Assembly: GCF_006345805.1 (NCBI RefSeq)
Contig: NW_021833176.1
Location: 1-29,121, forward strand
Direction of reading: 5' to 3'
DNA length: 29,121 nucleotides
DNA from: Octopus sinensis
Lineage: Eukaryota
How positions within the stretch are numbered: the first letter of the stretch is position 1; the number at the start of each line of letters is the position of its first letter. A program made the position numbers and the translations under genes. Positions 21,137 through 29,121 of the stretch are shown here, in pieces. The notes under the pieces are model-generated. The model was not told where the DNA came from, ran no database searches, and saw only the letters and a program-made list of their open reading frames with translations.

Positions 21137-22439
21137 CTAGCTGAGGTACCGGTAATATCCGGGAGCCAGGATATTCCTAGTACCATTGATTTTCGCAAAA
21201 TTGACGCAAAGGCTGCGAATAAGTTTAACACACACACACACATTCATCATATACCTGGCACTCCGTCGGTTACGACGATGAGTGTTCCTACTGATACGAC
21301 CAACGGATTACTCTCTAATTACGACCTAATTACTCTCAGACGAAAAATGATATCAAGACATAGGACAAATAATAGAAGCAAATTCATTCACGAAACAATA
21401 ATACAAATAAATACGTATGGAATCGAAAAATGACAATCGTTTGGTCAGATGAGTGGATAGCTGCAAATATATGATCGATGGAAACATCAAGAAAGGAATT
21501 GAAAAAACAAAAAAAGAACATTAAAGTTTGAAAAATAAACAAAAAATTATTTAGAGGAAAGGCACTCAATTTGACGACTGTGTTTCATGAGTATAATTCT
21601 ACTGATCGTGAGAATCAAATATCGACTGCAACGGTTAGAACCGACAATTTTAAGTGTAGGTGTTAAGAAAATATATGTTACATGTTTTAGCACACAAACG
21701 TTGCGACGTTTAGACTCGATAATTTTAGGTGCCGATGTTAAGAAAATACACGTTACAGCAACCTGAGAATGCTAAAAAAATTGATGAACATTTTGACCCC
21801 ACAACAATTTAGGCCAAATTTCGTTAATCAGTTAATCAAAAATCCGTTTTGCTTGAGTGACCTAGGTAAAAATTTATTTGTCTCAACACATCCTTAGCGC
21901 ATATTCCATCTGTGTGTAAAACATCAAGAAAATCAGTTGAAAACTTTAAAAGTTATGGCAGAAAATGACATTCATATGAGAATTTGCATTGAAATATCCT
22001 ATTGACTTTTGAGGAATGAATGCTGATTAAAAATTATCGATGCTTTTTAAATTCCAAGTGCGTAAGTGACTGCAGAGGCATAAGCACTCCATACGATTCA
22101 AGTTTCATAATATTGGTTGGATAGTCTCGGAGGGGTTAAAGTAACAAAAGCACAGAGCCACGAACAGACAGAAATTGACTTTTTATATATATATATGTTC
22201 CTTTATTACCCACAAGGGGCTAAACACATGGGGACAAACAAGGACAGACAAAGGGATTAAGTCGATTACATCGACCCCAGTGCGTTACTGGTACTTAATT
22301 TATCGACCCCGAAAGGATGAAAGGCAAAGTCGACCTCGGCGGAATTTGAACTCAAACGTACGGCAGGACGAAATACCGCAAAGCATTTCCGCCGGCGTGC
22401 TAACGTTTCTGCCAGCTCGCCGCCTTTTTTATATATAGA
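21137..22439 (-). mobile_element. Non-autonomous Helitron with nested SINE and captured duplicate
   Basis: Minus strand: A|TC start at 22439, TATATATAAAAAGTCAATTTCTGTCTG..CCAACCAATATTATGAAACTTG (parallels the 7818 element); hairpin CCGG-ATATTA-CCGG (21149-21162); CTAG|T end at 21137. Continuity of the interior is inferred. Confidence 0.65.
22198..22424 (-). mobile_element. Full-length SINE family A inserted in the Helitron 5' end
   Basis: Complete head/core/tail; TSD-like TTTTTATATATA at 22180-22191 and 22426-22437. Confidence 0.9.
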
Positions 22440-22448
22440 TATACACAA

Positions 22449-22512
<64 letters not shown>

Positions 22513-22633
22513 GTGTGTGTGCGCGTGTGTGTGTGTGTATGCATATGTGAGTGGAAAATCAAACTACTAGTATTTAACACGTTCTACCGACAGAAAACCC
22601 GAAAGCAAGCTGTTAAGTCAGGTTTGTATAAAG

Positions 22634-22978
22634 CAAAGGTTCTCGTAACCGGGTCCATATGGACCCCGAAGATTCATATAAGATTTTGGTGGAGCGGGGG
22701 TGGGGGGGGCACGGATGCAATATAGTAAATTGGGGGTCTATGACAATTTTTCAGGGGCCATGAAAGAACTGTGCTTCAGACCAGTAATCTTTATATGCGA
22801 TAAATTGGTTGTACATCAACAATACACAGGATACGTCAACAATTACTCTAATACATTAATATTTAATTATAGAAATATAACAATATTTTTATTTTTAAGA
22901 TCAAATGTGTGTGGGGTCCACCCAAATAAATTAGGAATCAAAGGCGTAAAAGTCATTAGAAATGGTTGAGAGTCACTG
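22634..22978. mobile_element. Degenerate hAT (Buster/Charlie-type) MITE
   Basis: Ends CAAAGGTTCTC..AACC and the reverse complement CAGTGACTCTCAACC; flanks GTATAAAG / ATATGAAG (6/8 match, central TA on the left). Confidence 0.6.
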
Positions 22979-23074
22979 ATATGAAGTGTTAATTGCCATG
23001 AATTCTTTGACACTACTTTAGTATTAAGGAGATTTTGTAATAAAGACATTTTCTCGAGTTTCTGTACTAACATG

Positions 23075-23373
23075 CATTCATTGTGTGTTGTGTGTGTGTG
23101 TGTCTGTCTGTCTGTCTGTGTGTCTGTGCTTGTCTGTGTGTGTGTGTGTGTCTGTGTGTGTCTACGTGTGTGTGTATATATACGCGTCCACTCGTATATG
23201 TGGTTGTCTATATGTAAAAATAATACATACACCACACACACACATATATATATATATGCATATACACATGTTTTCGCGTATGGATATCTGTTCAGTGTAC
23301 ACACATACACTCACACACCACACGCACATACATATCTCTCTCTCTCTCTCTCTCTCTATATCTATTATATATC

Positions 23374-23422
<49 letters not shown>

Positions 23423-23500
23423 TATATGCATAAGCGTTCTAACTATGTATGCATGCATATACAATATATGCATGTGTGCAAATGTACATGTTACTTAGTT
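23075..23500. repeat. Compound (GT)/(TCTG)/(CA)/(CT)/(TA) microsatellite field
   Basis: Direct reading. Confidence 0.9.
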
Positions 23501-23679
23501 GCAAGTGACACATTTCGTTATGAGTAATATTGGAATAGGTGTGATCACAATAACTGAGTTGACCTGTTTCTTTGTTCATTTGGTTTTACTTTTAAAATTC
23601 TCACCAATCGAGGAAGAGCCGCCTCAACCCAGAAACACAAGTTAGGCTATGGAATTTAGACAACATTAAGTAGGAAGTC

Positions 23680-23754
23680 ATGTATGTATGTAAGTATGTG
23701 TGTACGTACGTATGTATGTATGTATGTATGTATGTATGTATGTATATATATGTT

Positions 23755-23788
<34 letters not shown>

Positions 23789-24150
23789 TGTGTATGTATG
23801 TATGTATGTATGTATGTATGTATGTATCTATGTATGTATTATTATCCATGTATGTATGTTTACATGTATGTATATATATGTATATATATATATATACATA
23901 TGTATGTGTGTGTATGTATGCATTGTATGTATTTATGTGTGAATATATTTGTGTGTGTATGTATATTTGTATGTATGTATTTATGTATGTATATATATGT
24001 ATGTATGTATGTGTATGTATGTGTTTATGTATATATATGTATATATTATGTATTCATGTATGTATGTTTGCATGTATGTATATATATATATACATATGTA
24101 TGTGTGTGTATGTATGCATTGTATGTATTTATGGATCTATATATGTGTGA
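23680..24150. repeat. (TATG)n compound microsatellite with internal ~55-bp duplication
   Basis: Direct reading; ~23880-23935 recurs at ~24080-24133. Confidence 0.92.
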
Positions 24151-24239
24151 CGATGACGTCATAAGTGATGATGACGTCATATCTGCTGTTGACTTTTTTT
24201 TTACCTTTTTTACCAAGAGGATAAAAATTTCTTCACCAA

Positions 24240-24356
24240 TCTAAGCGTTGCAACACTGACGGAAGGAAAATGTGTACCGCAAAAGGGAACTATGTTGAAA
24301 AATAACCCTCATTTGGACACATTCTCTGTCAATGAACCTTTCAAACGACCCTTGTA
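24240..24356. mobile_element. Possible mariner-type TIR end
   Basis: Reverse complement TA-CAAGGGTCGTTTGAAAGGTTC resembles TACGAGGG..TTCAAAAAGT mariner termini and interrupts the R4/Dong 3' region; partner TIR not found. Confidence 0.35.
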
Positions 24357-25165
24357 TGTGAGAATTAGTTGATTGATTTAATTTTCTGTAAACCATAGCT
24401 TTTCCAGATTGTCACATAGAAATTTACTCACAAACCCAAGTGCACTAATTATTATTGGTATAAATGTGAATTTATAATTTAGATATACGAGCTGGAGGTC
24501 TCGAAACAATTGTCTATAGTTATCCTGTTTCTCTTTGATTTTCAAAGAGATATTCACATCAGCAGGGCAACTGATCTCTATGACGGTATATACTTTTACG
24601 TTAGTATCCGATACAATATCTGACCTGTAATGTTCGATCTTGATAGAAGTTTTGATTAGAAAATTACACCAATTTTCGTTGTGTTGATGTTTATGTATGT
24701 ATTCAAAACAATGGAATTCTCTGTATTTATTCCAGAAGTTGTTTTTTTCGGATGGTATTCCATATTGTTTTAGCGACAACGTTGTGTCGTATAGTGAGGT
24801 AGTACCTCGATGACATTTCTGGATAACCTCTGATCATGTGTGATGTCTTCCACGAAAATAGACCTTTTTGATTACATTTCCTTTTTCTGAATAGCGAAAG
24901 CATATTCTTCCACGTGGGATGTGATGTATCTGTCAGATATCCTGAAGAGGCTAATTTTCTACTCGATATTCTTAGTAACCTCTGGTTTTCCGAACACGTA
25001 CCCATACATAACTTTCTTCAGATATAATGAGTGTTTCTGCCCCAAATTTTGTTTAAGTAAATTCATCCAGCTAACCTTGAGTCACATTCAACAGTCGTAG
25101 GCTCAAGTATCTATCCAGAAGTTCTTCCCCTATTCTGAAGATGTTATTATTTTCACTTTTCAGTA
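24357..25165 (-). mobile_element. Second R4/Dong-like fragment (endonuclease region)
   Basis: 'HMIRGYPEMSSRYYLTIRHNVVAK' and 'EHYRSDIV..VIEISCPADVNISLKIKEKQDNY..FIPIIISALGFV' (ORFs 24727..25005, 24378..24779), homologous to 12050-12450. Confidence 0.85.
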
Positions 25166-25171
25166 TATATA

Positions 25172-27790
25172 TTTTTTTTCTCTAGTTTCAGCTCAGAGCT
25201 GTGGCCATGCTGGTGCACCGCCGTTTTGCTACACTGTTATTACTAAGAGCCTCGTCTAATATGTGGCACTTGATGAAGCATGGAGTTTGATATAGCTACC
25301 CTCATTTGCACCTCTTGCCGTAAGGTAGGTTCATCTGGGACTCTCGACAGGAAGAGGTCCAGCTTTGATTTTTTAAAAAACCCTACATCTACTTTGTGCA
25401 AGTTCCTCAGACTCTTTGAGAGAATATTAAAAAGCTGTGGGCCCTTGAAACCCAGGTTGTTGCAGTAACTGGTCCTGAAGCGTGATGGCATTGCTGGGAT
25501 CTTTAGCACTATACAGTGTCGTCCCGTTCTGGCATTGGTGTAGCTTTCAATGCCAAAATTTGTCACAATTCCTTCCAAGATCTTCCAGATATATATTACT
25601 GCATACCTCTCCCGTCTTCTCTCCAGCGAGTAGAGTCTTAACTGTTTCAACCTTTCCCAGTAGCTGAGCTGTTACAAAGAGACGATCTTCTTTGGGAATC
25701 TTCTCTGGATTGCTTCAAGGTCCGCTGTTAATTTCACACTGGTGGGTGACCATATCTGTGAGCAGTAATCCAGGCGGCTGAGGACGAATGTCCGCCAGAG
25801 GACCATCATGTTTCCTTATCTCTGGTTCTGAATGTTCTTAGGATCCAGCCAGCCAGTCGTCTGCATTTTGTCGTCATCCTGGTAATGTGCACTTGGAAAG
25901 AGTTATTATCACTCATGTCGATACCCAGGTCCCTCACTGACTTAGGCTCTGGGATTGAAATTCCCTGTGGACCAGTGTACCCTGTAAGTTTCATATTCAG
26001 TTTTGGATGCTGGTAGCGCAGGGCTTGGAATTTTTCAGCATTAAACTGCATATTATTATCCTCAGCCCATCTGTAAATTGAGTCCAACTCCTGCTGCAGG
26101 TGTGTAACATCGCTGGGGTTCTGTATTTTCTGCGAGACTTTCGAATCATCTGCATTGCTTGCAAAGGTGGCTATTCGGGCATTTGAGGGCATATCTGAAA
26201 GAGCACTATAAAAAGGAGTGGCCCCAAGACAGTGCCCTGTGGAACACCGCTCACTATTTGTGTGTTCATAGAGGTGGTTCCATTAGCCACTACTGCCTGA
26301 CTCCTATCTTTCAGGAAGTCATGTAACCACTCACTCTCCAAGTTTTCCACTTGTCAAAAGCTTTTGCAAATCAAGGTATATTACGTCCACATTTGATTTG
26401 TTGAGTAACTGCCTCAACACCCAGTCATAATGTTGTAAAGTTGGGTCAGGCAGCTCCTACCGGGTCGAAAACCATGCTGGGTATCACTCACAAGTTATTT
26501 TTCTTCAAGGAAGGCGATTGTTTCCCTCTGACTATCCGTTCCTGACTTTGCTGTTGTGTGAAGCCAGAGATATAGGCTTATAGTTTTTAGCATCTGCTCT
26601 ACTTCCCCCTTTATGTATTGGGTATATTATACCCTCCTTCAGCTTGCTTGGCAGTTTCCCATTTGTAAGAAAGCTCTGGAAGAGAATCTGGAGGGGTTTT
26701 GCCAGAGCATGCTTACACGATTTGAGGAGGATTGCTAGGAAACCATCAGGACCATCAGTTGAGTTTGTGTCCACTTCATCTATGGCTAGTAGTATATCTT
26801 CTTTGCTAATGTCAATGTATTCCATTGTAACTGCCTCGCTGGTTATAGGTGAGGCGGCAAAGAAGTCCACTGGTTCGTTCAACGGGGTGGTAAAGACTGG
26901 TCATTCAGTATCTCACTGATCTTAGTTGGACTGTCTGTGAGGGAGCCATCCTTTTGAATGAGGGGTCCAATCTTGTAGTGTACTGAGGCTGTTTCTTTCG
27001 TGTAATGAAAGAAGGCCTTTGGGTTTGACTTAATGTTTTTTATAATTCAGGCTTCTTTGTCTACTTTCTCCCTCACATAGGATTGTTGCAGCCTTTTTTC
27101 GATCTCCATCAGTGTTGTTTTTAGGCGGGACGTTTCGCTACTTTGGAATGTTGGTTGAGTCGATTTGCAACCTTCGTCCGTCGTCTCATGAGAATCTTCC
27201 GCTCCCTTGGAATCTTGCTCCTATTTGTTTTGGCTTTGTGCGCTGGGACATATTTCTGGCATACGGCTTGCACAGAAGACATGAAACATTCTAGTTTCAT
27301 GTCAATGTCTGGTGTGGAGAGACATTTCGGCCAGTCCTCTCTGAGGATCTCTTCTTGGATCGATTTCCAATCTGCTTTGGAGAGATTTCGGGTGCTTCCT
27401 TTAGGCTGTATGTCTCTGGTTACTTTCGGCCCAAACATAGACAGCTCTATTATGTTGAGATCCGAGACTAATGTCGGTGTCACTTTCACATCATGAATGA
27501 TGTCCTTATTGTTCGTGAAGCAGAGATCCAGAATGTTATTCGCCCTAGTTGGTCTGAGTACTGCTTGCTCCATGAAAAGGGCATTGGTGAGGTTGAGCAG
27601 GGACTCCACCTGTGCTTGCTTACAATGAGTCATTCCTGAGAGTATGAGACCTTTGGGCCATTTGACGTTGGAGAAGTTGAAATCACCATAATAAATATGG
27701 TCACGTGGTATTCCAGATTCATGAGGATTTCTTTAATTCTTGTGAGGCAATCTTCAAACTTGCCTATGTGGTTTGGAGCATCTGGTAGGC
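25172..27790 (-). mobile_element. CR1-group LINE (APE endonuclease part + RT + 3' UTR), decayed, 5' end missing
   Basis: GDFN (~27676-27687), PTRANNILDL, GPDG..LLK, PIHKGG..NYKPISL, QHGFRPGRSCL (~26450-26480), GVPQGTVLGPLLF (~26210-26250), ADDS, RDLGI, YSLERRRERY; stop at 25243; ~70-nt UTR ending in an A-rich tail. Confidence 0.92.
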
Positions 27791-28110
27791 AATATGTCTT
27801 CTACTAAAGCCTCGGACCGACCAAAGCCTTGTGAGTGGATTTGGTAGACGGAAACTGAAAGAAGCTCGTCGTATATATATGTATATATGCGTGTGTGTAT
27901 ATTTGTGTGTCTGTGTTCCCCCCCCCCCCGAATTGTTTGACAGCCAATGCTGGTCTATTTATGTCCCCGTAACTTAGCGGTTCGGCAAAAGAGATCGATA
28001 GAATAAGTACTAGGCTTACAAAGAATAAGCCCGGGGTCGATTTGCTCGACTAAAGGCGGTGCTCCAGCATGCCGCAGTCAAATGACTGAAACAAGTAGAA
28101 GAGAGTAAAG
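27788..28110 (+). mobile_element. 5'-truncated SINE family B
   Basis: Body GTCTTCTACT..GGATTTGGTAGACGGAAACTGAAAGAAG, internal microsatellite, CCCGTAACTTAGCGGTTCGGCAAAAGAG, tail AAAGGCGGTGCTCCAGCATGCCGCAGTCAAATGACTGAAACAAG. Confidence 0.92.
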
Positions 28111-28120
28111 AGTATATCTA

Positions 28121-28158
<38 letters not shown>

Positions 28159-28219
28159 GTGTTAAATATTGGTTGTGCAAGATTATTGGCTAAACTGGCA
28201 ATATGACAATCCGAAATAT

Positions 28220-28278
<59 letters not shown>

Positions 28279-28279
28279 T

Positions 28280-28470
28280 GTGACCTCGTGTGTACGTTGG
28301 CGATTTTTTTTTTCCTGTCTTCCCTTCTCTGGATCTTTCCTTCTCCTATGTTTCCGACGAAGAGCTTCCGTTCGAAACATTAAACCCTCCTTCCTTCTTG
28401 AGCGTCCAATATACTATATTTGTTCCACGTCGTCGCGTTGTTCTGTTTTTTTGTGCTTTCTTGTTTGGGG
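28280..28470 (+). mobile_element. Probable Penelope-like terminal fragment with degenerate hammerhead
   Basis: GTTT-CCGACGA-A-GAGC-TTCC-GTTC-GAAA-CATT-AAAC (28350-28385), flanked by (TA)n. Confidence 0.5.
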
Positions 28471-28627
28471 TAACTTTATATATATATATACATACATATA
28501 TAATATATATATATTATATATATACGCAGAAATATATGTATGTGTGCATGCATAAATTTATGTAAGTATGTATTAATGTCTGTATGTGTATGTAATGTAT
28601 GTATACATGTATATGTCTGCACTGTGT

Positions 28628-28674
<47 letters not shown>

Positions 28675-29121
28675 ATTACAACAAAAATCTCAATTTTGGA
28701 CATAGATTTACCAAAGGTTTCGTATCCAAAACGCCAAAATATTGTGGACAGCTCGTCAGACTCTATACAAAGACAAAAAAATTTACCATGCATATATGTA
28801 CACATGTATGTGTGTGTATACGTGTATGCATGTATATGCATGCACGTTTGACATATGTATGCATATTTGTATGCATATACGTCTACAAGCGGATATATAT
28901 ATGAGATGAAGCTAGGAGTGTGTGAGAGAAAACGAAATAGTTATAGAAAGACAAAGTTTGGTAGAAAAAGGAAGAATGCGAAAGAGAGCGAGGGGAAGAG
29001 TGAAAGGGCAGATAGCAAAGGAGAGAGAGAAGAGAGAGAGAGAGAAGAGGAGAGGAAAAGACAGAGTGAGGAGAGAGAGAGAAAATAATAGAGAGAACGA
29101 CAGAACGAGAAAGAGTGAGAC
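28470..29121. repeat. (TA)/(TG)/(TATG) microsatellites and GA-rich low-complexity end
   Basis: Direct reading. Confidence 0.9.

Overview
Eukaryotic, AT-rich, microsatellite-dense non-coding DNA made almost entirely of transposable-element debris. The SINE families and repeat density resemble an Octopus genome (inference from recalled repeat families, not checked). No host gene or RNA gene can be supported; most ORFs in the track are translated microsatellites or antisense SINE text. Recognised elements: one complete but decayed mariner; three non-autonomous Helitrons; four MITE/foldback elements including a 664-bp palindrome; two R4/Dong-like LINE fragments; one CR1-like LINE; one very degenerate LINE RT remnant; about 20 tRNA-derived SINE copies from 3-4 families; and several Penelope-like fragments with minimal hammerhead ribozyme motifs. 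Best leads: (1) the CR1-like LINE 3' end matches the 3' tail of one SINE family, suggesting a SINE/LINE partner pair; (2) minimal type-I hammerhead folds; (3) the long palindrome; (4) a Helitron carrying a copy of nearby DNA; (5) a recurrent 184-bp GGTA-bounded SINE unit. All alignments were done by eye, and coordinates not tied to an explicit motif are approximate.
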